A stretch of DNA of 64,000 bases from Candidatus Omnitrophota bacterium (GTDB lineage: Bacteria > Omnitrophota > Gorgyraeia > Gorgyraeales > Gorgyraeaceae). The stretch spans positions 11,437 through 75,436 of the forward strand of contig JAPLMD010000054.1 of assembly GCA_026387235.1 (NCBI GenBank), given 5' to 3'. The translations under genes were made by a program, and so were the position numbers. Numbering within the stretch: the first letter of the stretch is position 1; the number at the start of each line of letters is the position of its first letter. Below are positions 28,876-37,740 of this stretch, piece after piece. Below the pieces are notes generated by a model. It was not told the origin of the DNA. It ran no database searches and worked only from the letters and a program-made list of their open reading frames with translations.

Positions 28876-30164
28876 CTTATCTTATCCTCTATAATATTTC
28901 CCGCTGCCACTTGCAATTGCCAGTACATGCGTTTTTTCTCATAAAACGCGTGCATGTAACTTCTACGCGTATTCCCGAAATTTTGAATCGCTGTCAATAC
29001 CTCAAGATTGGAGACAAGATTATTTTTATAATCATCTTTTTGCAAAGAATAATTCAATTCCGCAGACTCCAAGGCCTTTTCCATAGCCCTGGCCCTAAGT
29101 ATTGCCGAATAAGCTCTTACATAAGAATCATGAATATCTTGATCTGCCAGGCGTCTTGCGCGGCTATATTCTAATTCTGCCTCGCGGTATTTAGCATTGG
29201 CCTGTTTAATATTTCCATACGTAGTTGTTCCTTCAAAAATAGGCACGCTGACCTTAAGCACAGTAGACCAGTTAACATCCAGAGGACTTGTATTGCGCCT
29301 CTCGTAATAATCACCTTCTACTGTTACTGTTGGAAGCAAAGCTGTTTTTGCTATATAAGCCTCTTTTTTAGCTACGCCTGTTGCAAAATCATACGCCTTA
29401 ACATCTGATCTTAATTTAACATTAGCACTATAAAATGATTCAGATCCTAAAGAATCTGGAGTATCTTTTCTATCAAGCAGCGTTCCTGGATCCATGCCTA
29501 TAAGAAAAGTCAAAAGCTCCTTAGCGACAAGCTCCTGGCTTTTAACAAGCTGTATTTCTGCCTCAATATTATATAGCTGGGATTCTGTATTAACTACTTC
29601 GCTATGCCTGGATCTTCCGATTTGTTCTCTCTTCTTTAATTCACTTACTCTATCGTTTAATGCCTTACGAATCAAGCCCATGGTCTTTAAATCTTCTTGC
29701 TGTTCAAGCAACAGATAAAACGCATCAGCTACATCAACAAAAAGTAGCTCCTCTGCCCGTTTCTTTTCGTTAATGCGTTGTTTTTGTTCCATGGAGCTGC
29801 CTGCCATACCTGCAAACTCTTTAAAACCTGAAAAAAGAGTCTGCTTGAAAACAAACTTACTTTCAAAACTCCCGTTATGATTATAGGAGCTAAAAGCCCT
29901 TTCTGAGTCCAGATTAGTCTGTGTCCACACAAAAGAAACCTGAGGCAAAAGTGTTCCCAACGCCTGTGTAAAACGCGCCTCAGCTTCTCTGATAAGTTCT
30001 GAATTAATTGCAATTGTTTCGCTTTGTTTAAGGGCTAGAAGATAGCACTCAGCTAGCGTCAATTTGTCTGGTTTAATATTTCCTGCAACACTCTGCGAAG
30101 GCAGAAAACAAAGAATAGAGACTATTAAACTGCTTTCAGCGAATAATTTCATTATCTTTTTCAT
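28872..30164 (-). CDS. TolC-family outer membrane efflux protein
   Basis: Signal peptide; two OEP repeats (LLPQVS; LLPTVT...VPIFEG). Confidence 0.9.
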   Translation of the reverse strand: MKKIMKLFAESSLIVSILCFLPSQSVAGNIKPDKLTLAECYLLALKQSETIAINSELIREAEARFTQALGTLLPQVSFVWTQTNLDSERAFSSYNHNGSFESKFVFKQTLFSGFKEFAGMAGSSMEQKQRINEKKRAEELLFVDVADAFYLLLEQQEDLKTMGLIRKALNDRVSELKKREQIGRSRHSEVVNTESQLYNIEAEIQLVKSQELVAKELLTFLIGMDPGTLLDRKDTPDSLGSESFYSANVKLRSDVKAYDFATGVAKKEAYIAKTALLPTVTVEGDYYERRNTSPLDVNWSTVLKVSVPIFEGTTTYGNIKQANAKYREAELEYSRARRLADQDIHDSYVRAYSAILRARAMEKALESAELNYSLQKDDYKNNLVSNLEVLTAIQNFGNTRRSYMHAFYEKKRMYWQLQVAAGNIIEDKIR

Positions 30165-30607
30165 TTTACCCGCCCTGATAATACTTCTTCTATTTTTGTA
30201 AGAACTCTAAGGTAATCTGATCTGTCATGCTCTGAAACCTTGGCAAATATATCTATGATCATCTGCCTGCGCTGACAGTTAATCTTTTTTATAATATCGC
30301 TGCCTTTTGAAGTAATTTTGATTTTAATAACGCGCCTGTCCTTTGGCTCTAGTTCCCGAATAACATATCCATAGCTTACAAGCCTGCCTATTGTTCCTGT
30401 CATAGCAGCAGTGCTCACAGACATAAAATACGCCAGGTCACTCATCTTTGCTTCCCCGCTCTTTTCAAGAAAACCAAGTATCAAGAACTGGGGAAGCGTA
30501 ATCTTACCCTTGGACAGTTCATTTACCTGATATTTTGCAAATTCCTTTATCATAATAGGTATGATATTATTTATACGGTCAGCAAATTCTTGCATGGACA
30601 TCTTCAT
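30161..30607 (-). CDS. MarR-family regulator
   Basis: ITLPQF, winged HTH, DRRVIKIKITSKG. Confidence 0.92.
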   Translation of the reverse strand: MKMSMQEFADRINNIIPIMIKEFAKYQVNELSKGKITLPQFLILGFLEKSGEAKMSDLAYFMSVSTAAMTGTIGRLVSYGYVIRELEPKDRRVIKIKITSKGSDIIKKINCQRRQMIIDIFAKVSEHDRSDYLRVLTKIEEVLSGRVK

Positions 30608-30618
30608 AATTAACCTCC

Positions 30619-30645
30619 TTGATAGTTAAGTATATTAACTATCAA
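30619..30645. promoter_or_regulatory. Perfect palindromic operator (probable MarR site)
   Basis: TTGATAGTTAA-GTATA-TTAACTATCAA between the promoter and the RBS. Confidence 0.8.
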
Positions 30646-30653
30646 CTGCATTA

Positions 30654-30682
30654 AATATATCACATCTTTAAAGCGTCGTCAA
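30654..30682 (-). promoter_or_regulatory. sigma70 promoter of the marR-tolC-RND operon
   Basis: TTGACG-17 bp-TATATT with extended TG. Confidence 0.7.
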
Positions 30683-30753
30683 GTCTCGATATATCTTTTA
30701 TTGATTTTCTTATAAGGCAGGAATCACTATAAAACTTTAAAAAATAACTTAAA

Positions 30754-31368
30754 TTATCTCTTCTGAAGAACCAATAATTCTTTTTCAGTATCTATTTTAA
30801 AAATAAAATTATCCAGAAATGACATACCGAGAAGGCCCTGGCTGTTTCCGATGTCGCCTGAATCAAGCACCACTGCCTGGACATTGTAAACCTTTGCCCC
30901 TCCTATCCTGACTTCCCTGATATTTACCTGCTTACCGCTCACGCTTCTTCCGTCCGCTACCTGGCACAGCACGTCCCGGCCTTTATTAGTGGATATGCCT
31001 AATTTTTTGGCAAGACCGCTGGATATCACAGTATCAGTAGATCCTGTATCAATAATTAAATTTGTGCTTACTTTTCTATTAAAAAGCGCATCTGCGGTTA
31101 AACTATTTCCTCTTTTGGTAAGTTTTACAGTATGCTTACCTGTGGCCATATTCACTACTGTCCTGACCCCTTTACCTGTAACTACAGCGGTCTTACCTAC
31201 AGCCTTGGCAGTTGTGCCTACAACTTTTCCTGTAACCTTAGCTGTTGTATAAACCACTTTACCTGCTGTCCCGATCGCAGAGCCTGTAACTTTTACGATA
31301 GAACAGCTATTTAAAAATATAACGCAAAAAATAACTGCTATAAATTTACACTGTCTGCAAAAAGTCAT
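30754..31368 (-). CDS. Lipoprotein with a retropepsin-like aspartic protease domain (TIGR02281-like)
   Basis: Lipobox LNSC, low-complexity T/A/K/V/G helix, IIDTGS, GLLGMSFL. Confidence 0.85.
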   Translation of the reverse strand: MTFCRQCKFIAVIFCVIFLNSCSIVKVTGSAIGTAGKVVYTTAKVTGKVVGTTAKAVGKTAVVTGKGVRTVVNMATGKHTVKLTKRGNSLTADALFNRKVSTNLIIDTGSTDTVISSGLAKKLGISTNKGRDVLCQVADGRSVSGKQVNIREVRIGGAKVYNVQAVVLDSGDIGNSQGLLGMSFLDNFIFKIDTEKELLVLQKR

Positions 31369-31783
31369 AAGCTCTCCTTAATATATTTTTAAGGTTGTTG
31401 AATCTTATCAGCTCTTCCGCTTGGCTAAAATTTAAAAATCTATGACCTGTAATTTCCCTGCCATCTGCTATTATATCCTGATTACTTGTTTCGCACAAAA
31501 AATATATCGCGTGTTTTTCTATCCTTTGGCCTTTAAAAGGATGCCTCTTACTAATCGTATCATACGCAATTTCTTCTCTAAACCCATCTATAAAATGTAA
31601 ATTTTCCAAGCCTGTTTCTTCTTTTATCTCTCTTGCCGCAGCATCTTTTTCAGTCTCTCCGCGCTCCAGATGACCTTTTGGAAATCCCCAGATTTTATTT
31701 CTATTGCTGTAAACCGCAAGAAATAATATGGCATTATTTTCTTTTTTAAAAATTACAGCCCCTGCTGAAAATTCTTTATTCAT
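31346..31783 (-). CDS. NUDIX hydrolase (Ap4A hydrolase-like)
   Basis: SAGAV, WGFPKGHLERGETEKDAAAREIKEETGL. Confidence 0.92.
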   Translation of the reverse strand: MNKEFSAGAVIFKKENNAILFLAVYSNRNKIWGFPKGHLERGETEKDAAAREIKEETGLENLHFIDGFREEIAYDTISKRHPFKGQRIEKHAIYFLCETSNQDIIADGREITGHRFLNFSQAEELIRFNNLKNILRRAYDFLQTV

Positions 31784-32139
31784 TCCGCTTTCCTGGTCGC
31801 TATTAAATTTACGCCTAACCTTAAGAAATCTTTAACAATAATATCGCCCGCATTTAAAGACTTTTTTACTTTTATCTTTTTAATTTCCTTCATCGCTTCA
31901 AATATCATGGATTTCGATATGGGTTTATCTGTCCTGACAGATAGCATCTTTAAACTTAAACCCTGGCATAGAACAGTTGAGGTTAATATCCTGACCGGGT
32001 TTTCAATTTCGGCCACGGCATACGATTCTCCCTTAGGACATTTATTGCCGGTAATTTTAATTACCTTAGAGTTTTCTGCATCAATAGTTAATCTGCATCC
32101 TTCGGGGCATTCTATGCATGTTAACTTTTTTGAAATCAT
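31780..32139 (-). CDS. DUF1667-family Cys-rich protein
   Basis: CIECPEGC, GNKCPKG, PVRILTSTV; usual partner of glycerol-3-P oxidase clusters. Confidence 0.85.
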   Translation of the reverse strand: MISKKLTCIECPEGCRLTIDAENSKVIKITGNKCPKGESYAVAEIENPVRILTSTVLCQGLSLKMLSVRTDKPISKSMIFEAMKEIKKIKVKKSLNAGDIIVKDFLRLGVNLIATRKAE

Positions 32140-33080
32140 AAATTCCTTATATATTCCGCTGCGAGCTTACCTGTAAGCATGCTATCCTCAGTAGCAGAAT
32201 CTACCATATCATATATCTTGAAAGAATTGCCGCACACAAAAATTCCGGGCGCTGAAGTTCTATCGCCTTCTATACTGACCCCTGCCATCTCTATAAGCTC
32301 ATTTTCAGGAATAAGCCCAACGGACACCAGTATCGTATCGCATTTGATTTCAAATAAAGTTCCTGGAATTTCATTAAAATCATTATCTACTTTTACAACG
32401 CTTACTTTTTCTACCCTGTCTTTCCCGTAAATCCAGGAAATCTTATGATTAAAATAAACAGGTATATCAAAATCCTCTACGCATTGTACCATATTGCGCA
32501 AAAGCCCTCTGGACTCCTTTTGGATTTCAATAATGGCTTTTACTTTTGCTCCTTCCAGCGCAAATCTTCTGGCCATAATAAGGCCTATATCCCCTGAGCC
32601 GACAATCACGACTTCCCTGCCCGGCAAAAGGCCTTCTATGTTTATCAATTTTTGCGCCAGTCCAGCTGAGAAAACCCCGGCAGGCCTCGTGCCGGGTATA
32701 TGGATCATCTCTCTTGTCTTTTCCCTGCATCCGGTAGCCATAACTAGTGCCTTTGCTTTAATAGTTTCAAGTTTTCCGGGTTTTAGAAATGTAATGGTTT
32801 TGTCATTTGTCAATCGAACCGCTAGCGATTTTAAACTCACCTCTATATCTGGAATGCTTTTAACCTTTTCTATGAACCTGCCGGCATATTCAGGCCCTGT
32901 TAAAATCTCTTTAAAATAATTAATCCCAAAACCTGTATGCACGCACTGATTTAAAATTCCGCCTAGATACTGATCTCTCTCAATCAAGAGAATATCTTTT
33001 ACGCCGTTTTCATGCGCCGAGATTGCCGCAGCCATGCCGCTAGGCCCTCCTCCTACTATAACCAGATCTCTTTTAATCAT
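32136..33080 (-). CDS. NAD(P)/FAD-dependent oxidoreductase (glycerol cluster)
   Basis: GGGPSG, GGILNQCVH-GFG, ATGCRE, GSGDIGLIMARR. Confidence 0.9.
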   Translation of the reverse strand: MIKRDLVIVGGGPSGMAAAISAHENGVKDILLIERDQYLGGILNQCVHTGFGINYFKEILTGPEYAGRFIEKVKSIPDIEVSLKSLAVRLTNDKTITFLKPGKLETIKAKALVMATGCREKTREMIHIPGTRPAGVFSAGLAQKLINIEGLLPGREVVIVGSGDIGLIMARRFALEGAKVKAIIEIQKESRGLLRNMVQCVEDFDIPVYFNHKISWIYGKDRVEKVSVVKVDNDFNEIPGTLFEIKCDTILVSVGLIPENELIEMAGVSIEGDRTSAPGIFVCGNSFKIYDMVDSATEDSMLTGKLAAEYIRNL

Positions 33081-33083
33081 AAA

Positions 33084-34529
33084 TCAAACTCTTTCCCGTT
33101 CTGTGGAACGGTTTTCTTTTATTATTTCTGAACCTTTGCCTCTCTTTGTTATTTCAACTAAAGGTGTTTTGGTTTCTTCCGATAGAATTTTCATAATCCT
33201 TGTGGTGCAAAAACTGCCGTGGCATCTTCCTGCCTGGCTGCGCGTCCTGAACTTTATACCGTCCATTGTCCTTGCCCCGGCCTTTATGGCATCGCGTATC
33301 TCTTTAGCGGAAACCATCTCGCACCTGCACACGATATCCCCGTAAGAATGGTCTCTTTTAATAAGGTCTTTTGTTTTTGAAAGAGGTATTTCAAATAAAT
33401 GTATTGTCTTTTTACGATGAGAGCGGAATATAAATTTTCTTTTAAGGCCAAGCCCCGCTTTATTTAAAATATTGCAAACCATCAATGCTATCGCAGGGCT
33501 GGCTGTTAAGCCTGGGGATTGGATGCCTGCGACATTTATAAATCCATGGGTTTTAGTTTCATGCCTTATAATAAAATCGTTTCCGCTCCAAGGACGCAAG
33601 CCTGCGAAGTAAGCTATTATATCTTTTTCATCTACGGCAGGAATCAGGCGCCTGGCAGACATCAAGACCTTATTAAGCCCGGCTTCAGATGTGGACAGGT
33701 CTTCTTTATCTTCACCTTCTTCGGCTGTCGGCCCTATCATAGGATTCCCATCAGCAGTTTTTATTATCAAAACTCCTTTTGACGTTTTAGACGGCAATGG
33801 GAAAATCAGATGCTTTGCGAGATTTTCTTTTTTCTTATCAAGAATGAATTCTTCGCCTTTACGCGGTTTAATTTTAAAATCGCATATACCCAGCATGCCG
33901 GATATATCGTCCGCGAATAAACCTGCCGCATTTATAAGATATCTTGCTCTATACATGCCTCCGGAAGTGTCTATCTCAAAATATTTATCGGATCTAGCTA
34001 TGTTTACAGCCTTTGTTTCAGCATAAATCTCAACCCCGTTTCGAACAGCATTTTCTGCAAGGGCATATACCAGTCGGTAAGGACTTATAATCCCTGCTGT
34101 AGGCGCATAAAGGCCGCAAACCGCTTCGCTATTGAGATTCGGTTCGTGCTGCCTTAGCCAGGCCTTGTCTACTATCCTTAAACCAGGAACGCCTAGAATC
34201 TCAGCTTCTTCTTTAAGGCGCAAAAGCTCTTTTGTTTCTCCTTCGTTAAAACTGACTATCAACTCTCCTGCTTCTTTGAAATCCAGCCCTAATTCTTTTG
34301 AGATTTTTCTTATGAGAAAGTTTCCCTGCACGCATAATTTCCCTTTTAATGAATCCGGAGGATTTTGCGTTCCTGGATGAATTATTCCTGAATTTGATTT
34401 TGAAACGCCAAAGGCAAGCTCTTCTTCTTTTTCAAGAAGCGCGATATTTAATCTGTAGCGGGATAATTCCCTGGCAATCGAAGTCCCTATTACCCCTGCC
34501 CCGATTATAGCTACGTCATATAGTTTCAT
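33084..34529 (-). CDS. FAD-dependent glycerol-3-phosphate dehydrogenase-like protein with a C-terminal BFD [2Fe-2S] domain
   Basis: GAGVIG, SKSNSGIIH, GIQSPGLTASP, CRCE...GRCHGSFC. Confidence 0.88.
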   Translation of the reverse strand: MKLYDVAIIGAGVIGTSIARELSRYRLNIALLEKEEELAFGVSKSNSGIIHPGTQNPPDSLKGKLCVQGNFLIRKISKELGLDFKEAGELIVSFNEGETKELLRLKEEAEILGVPGLRIVDKAWLRQHEPNLNSEAVCGLYAPTAGIISPYRLVYALAENAVRNGVEIYAETKAVNIARSDKYFEIDTSGGMYRARYLINAAGLFADDISGMLGICDFKIKPRKGEEFILDKKKENLAKHLIFPLPSKTSKGVLIIKTADGNPMIGPTAEEGEDKEDLSTSEAGLNKVLMSARRLIPAVDEKDIIAYFAGLRPWSGNDFIIRHETKTHGFINVAGIQSPGLTASPAIALMVCNILNKAGLGLKRKFIFRSHRKKTIHLFEIPLSKTKDLIKRDHSYGDIVCRCEMVSAKEIRDAIKAGARTMDGIKFRTRSQAGRCHGSFCTTRIMKILSEETKTPLVEITKRGKGSEIIKENRSTERERV

Positions 34530-35937
34530 TTAGTCAACGTTCGTTTAACTGCATCAAGCCACTCCCTGTAATACTTTGAAGCTATTTCTTTTCTCATTTT
34601 AGGCCTAAAAACTCTGTCTTTTTCCCAGCATTTTTTTATTTCTTTCGAATCTTTCCAATACCCCGCAGCAAGGCCTGCCAGATACGCGGCTCCCAGGGAA
34701 GTGGTCTCTATCACTTTTGGCCTGACTACGTTTATTCCCTCTTTAAACCAGAATCCTTTTGCATAGCCAGGAGCACATCTTTAGTCTGATAACACATTGC
34801 CTCCAGCGCCGCCCTTACAATATGATTGCCGTTAGTCCCTCTTGTGATCCCAAAGATAGCGCCTGAGGCGTTCTGATCCCAGTAAGGCGCGCCAAGTCCT
34901 GTAAGGGCAGGCACAAAATAGACGCCCGCATTATCCTTGAGCGACGCTGCCATTTTTTCAGATTCACATCCGCATGTTAAAAGTTTCAGGCCGTCTCTGA
35001 TCCAGTGAATAGCCGCCCCTGCGATGAATACCGATCCTTCAAGCACATATACGGGTTCTCCGAAAAACCCGCATCCAATAGTAGTAATAAGTCCATGCAT
35101 TGAAACAACCTTTTTCCTGCCAGTATTTAACAAAATAAAACAACCTGTGCCGTATGTATTTTTCATGGTACCCGGCTCAAAACATGCCTGACCGAACAAA
35201 GCTGCCTGTTGGTCTCCGGCAATTCCTGATATCGGAATACCGGCCGGCAGTTTTCCTATTTTTATAGTGTCTCCAAAAATACCTGATGATTTTTTAACTT
35301 TTGGCAGAATTTGCTCCGGGATTCTGAGTTTAGCCAGGATATCTTTATCCCATTCCAATTTTTCAATATTGAAGAGCATCGTACGCGAGGCATTCGTATA
35401 ATCAGTAGCGTGAATTTTCCCGCCTGTTAGTTTCCATAAAATCCACGCATCAGTAGTGCCGAATAATAATTTTTCGCTTTGGGCTTTTTTAAAAGCGCCT
35501 TTTACATTTTTTAAAATCCACTCTATTTTAGTGGCTGAAAAATATGCATCTATTGGAAGGCCTGTTCTCTTTTTAAAGAATTCCCTCTCGCCTTTTATGG
35601 CTTTAAGCCGGTCACATCTGGAAGCCGTGCGTCTGCACTGCCACACGATAGCATTATAAACAGGCTTACCCGTATCTTTATCCCACAAAACAGTTGTCTC
35701 GCGTTGATTTGTAATGCCTATTGCCTGAATCTTATCTGCTGGAATTTTTTTAAGAACTTTCTGGATAGAATTATTAACGCTTTTCCATATTTCTTCCGGG
35801 TCATGCTCTACCCATCCCGGCTTTGGAAAATACTGCGGAAATTCTTCATACGCGCTTACTACTTTTCTGCCGCGCTTATCATAAATAATAGCCCTGCTTC
35901 CGGTAGTCCCCTGATCTATGGCTAAGATATATCTCAT
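34526..35937 (-). pseudogene. glpK: Glycerol kinase split by an internal deletion and frameshift near 34740
   Basis: Start MRYILAIDQGTTGSR at 35937; frame ends ...DSGLKRE*. Another frame resumes GINVVRPKVIETTSLGAAYLAG. The VDGG-containing segment is missing. Confidence 0.85.
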
Positions 35938-35939
35938 AA

Positions 35940-36239
35940 TCACTGCATCAACTGATAATAGTTTTTCAAAGAAGATACGCTGCTGATCAGCATTACACTT
36001 AAAAAATAAGTCAGGACAATGACAATAACGCTTACCCATATCTTTCTTTTAAGTGTAAAACGCGGATTAAGCCAGAAAAGAGGCAAGGCAAACGGCCCGA
36101 CGCATAGAAGCGCAGTCACGAAAGTAGCCATGCTGAAATACCATTTGGTTTTTTTCTGTTTATTCAGGACCTCTCCGCAATACCTGCACTTTACAGCTTC
36201 GTCTTGTATCTCTTCAGCGCAATAAGGACATTTTTTCAT
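35940..36239 (-). CDS. Zinc-ribbon membrane protein
   Basis: [23 protein letters not shown] plus two TM helices; RBS GGGAGG before the ATG at 36239. Confidence 0.85.
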   Translation of the reverse strand: MKKCPYCAEEIQDEAVKCRYCGEVLNKQKKTKWYFSMATFVTALLCVGPFALPLFWLNPRFTLKRKIWVSVIVIVLTYFLSVMLISSVSSLKNYYQLMQ

Positions 36240-36249
36240 TTTCGCCTCC

Positions 36250-36314
36250 CAAATTTTGTGAAACAAAATTTGATCCCGAGTCGCCATAGTTTTTACCATC
36301 GGGCGGCGAGGGAC
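36250..36314. repeat. Family A repeat
   Basis: CAAATTTTGT-GAA-ACAAAATTTG ATCCCGAGTCGCC...GGCGGCGAGGGAC. Confidence 0.85.
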
Positions 36315-36376
36315 TTTTTTCTATTGTACTATATACATATTTTATATTAAAGCAAAATATGATATATTAAGTACTT

Positions 36377-37681
36377 ATGGAAATAAAAATTGAGAAAATA
36401 ATCTACCCTGGCAAAAGTCTTGGCTTAATCGAAAAACAAACCATCCTTACGGATGAAGGATTGCCCGGCGAAATAGTAGAGATAACCCCTCTTGAAGAAA
36501 AGAAAAATTATATTGAAGCAAAAACAATAAAAATAATAACCCCCTCCATTTCCAGGATAACACCGCGCTGCAGCCATTATCAGGCATGCGGAGCTTATCA
36601 GTATATGGACTATAAAACTCAGCTTACGATCAAAAAATCCCAGTTAAAAGAGATATTTACAGACACATCTATCAGCGTTACTCCTTCTTCCGAAACATGG
36701 GGATATAGGAATAAAATAAAATTAAGCATAATATGGGAAGATAAAAAAGCAAGTCTTGCATATCATGCTCCTGAATACAGGGACAAATTCATTCAGATAG
36801 GTTCATGTTGTTTAGTAAGCAAAAATGTTAATGAGTTTCTATCGTCATTTATGGAAATAGTAAATAAAGAGAATTTGACCTTTATCAAAGAAATTGAAAT
36901 AAGAGAAAGTTATTCTACAAAAGAACTGATGCTTACAATACACCCTTCCGGAAAATCTGAAAATGGAGCCCAACCGAGCTTAAGCCCGGAGTTCCTTGGG
37001 CGGAATACTGAGCGACCATTACCTATCTGCGGCCTAAAGACCGAAGTTTTGTGGCCGCGAATGTACAAACTGCACATATTATTTTCAAAATTCAACATGA
37101 AAAATAATTACATTGAAGAAACAATTTCAGGAAAAACTTTCAGAATAGGCCCTGATTCATTCTTCCAGATTAATGTTCCGATGCTTGAGGCGGTTCTGAA
37201 AGATATGCAAAAATCCACGAGCCCGGATAAAAAAGAAATAATAGCTGACCTATATTGCGGCATAGGCACGTTTGGAATATGTTTAAGCCAATATGCCAAA
37301 GAAGTCATCGGGGTAGAATCCGCTCCGGGCAACATCTCTTTTCTAAAAAGTAATCTGAAATTGAATAAAATTAAAAACTTCAGGCTTTACGAAGGCTCGT
37401 GCGAAAAATTATTCCCTTCGCTTATGACTAGCGGCATTGATACTTTGATACTTGATCCGCCGAGAAAAGGCCTGGATAACATGCTATGCCAAAATATCAT
37501 TCTCAGTTCAGTAAAAAAAATCATATATTTATCATGTAATCCAGCCACTCTCAGCCGCGATTTAAAAATAATGAGCGTTTCCCACGCTATCAAAACTCTT
37601 CACTTTTTTGACTTTTTTCCCCAAACACCTCACATCGAAACCCTGGCAATACTGGAAAAAAGACATTGTAAACCAATATGA
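36377..37681 (+). CDS. rlmD: RlmD/TrmA-family m5U RNA methyltransferase
   Basis: TRAM domain, YRNK, SFFQIN, DLYCGIG, DPPRKG, YLSCNP, FPQTPHIE. Confidence 0.88.
   Translation: MEIKIEKIIYPGKSLGLIEKQTILTDEGLPGEIVEITPLEEKKNYIEAKTIKIITPSISRITPRCSHYQACGAYQYMDYKTQLTIKKSQLKEIFTDTSISVTPSSETWGYRNKIKLSIIWEDKKASLAYHAPEYRDKFIQIGSCCLVSKNVNEFLSSFMEIVNKENLTFIKEIEIRESYSTKELMLTIHPSGKSENGAQPSLSPEFLGRNTERPLPICGLKTEVLWPRMYKLHILFSKFNMKNNYIEETISGKTFRIGPDSFFQINVPMLEAVLKDMQKSTSPDKKEIIADLYCGIGTFGICLSQYAKEVIGVESAPGNISFLKSNLKLNKIKNFRLYEGSCEKLFPSLMTSGIDTLILDPPRKGLDNMLCQNIILSSVKKIIYLSCNPATLSRDLKIMSVSHAIKTLHFFDFFPQTPHIETLAILEKRHCKPI
36959..37069. repeat. Family B repeat inserted in frame within rlmD
   Basis: Its reverse complement matches 7935-8014 (TACATTCGC...GCTCAGTATTCCGCCCAAGGAAC..GGGCTTAAGC...CATTTTC). 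Confidence 0.85.
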
Positions 37682-37740
37682 AAAATTAAGTTTACAATAT
37701 TGCCTATTTTTGTATAATATATCCGGAGTAAAAACACTTT

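Noticed and set aside
34715-34745. Programmed frameshift in glpK
   Set aside because: Conserved residues are missing in every frame, so recoding could not restore the protein.
35938-36299. ORF-track N-terminal extensions of glpK (to 36039) and the zinc-ribbon gene (to 36299)
   Set aside because: They run into the neighbouring gene or the family A repeat; family-typical starts lie at 35937 and 36239.
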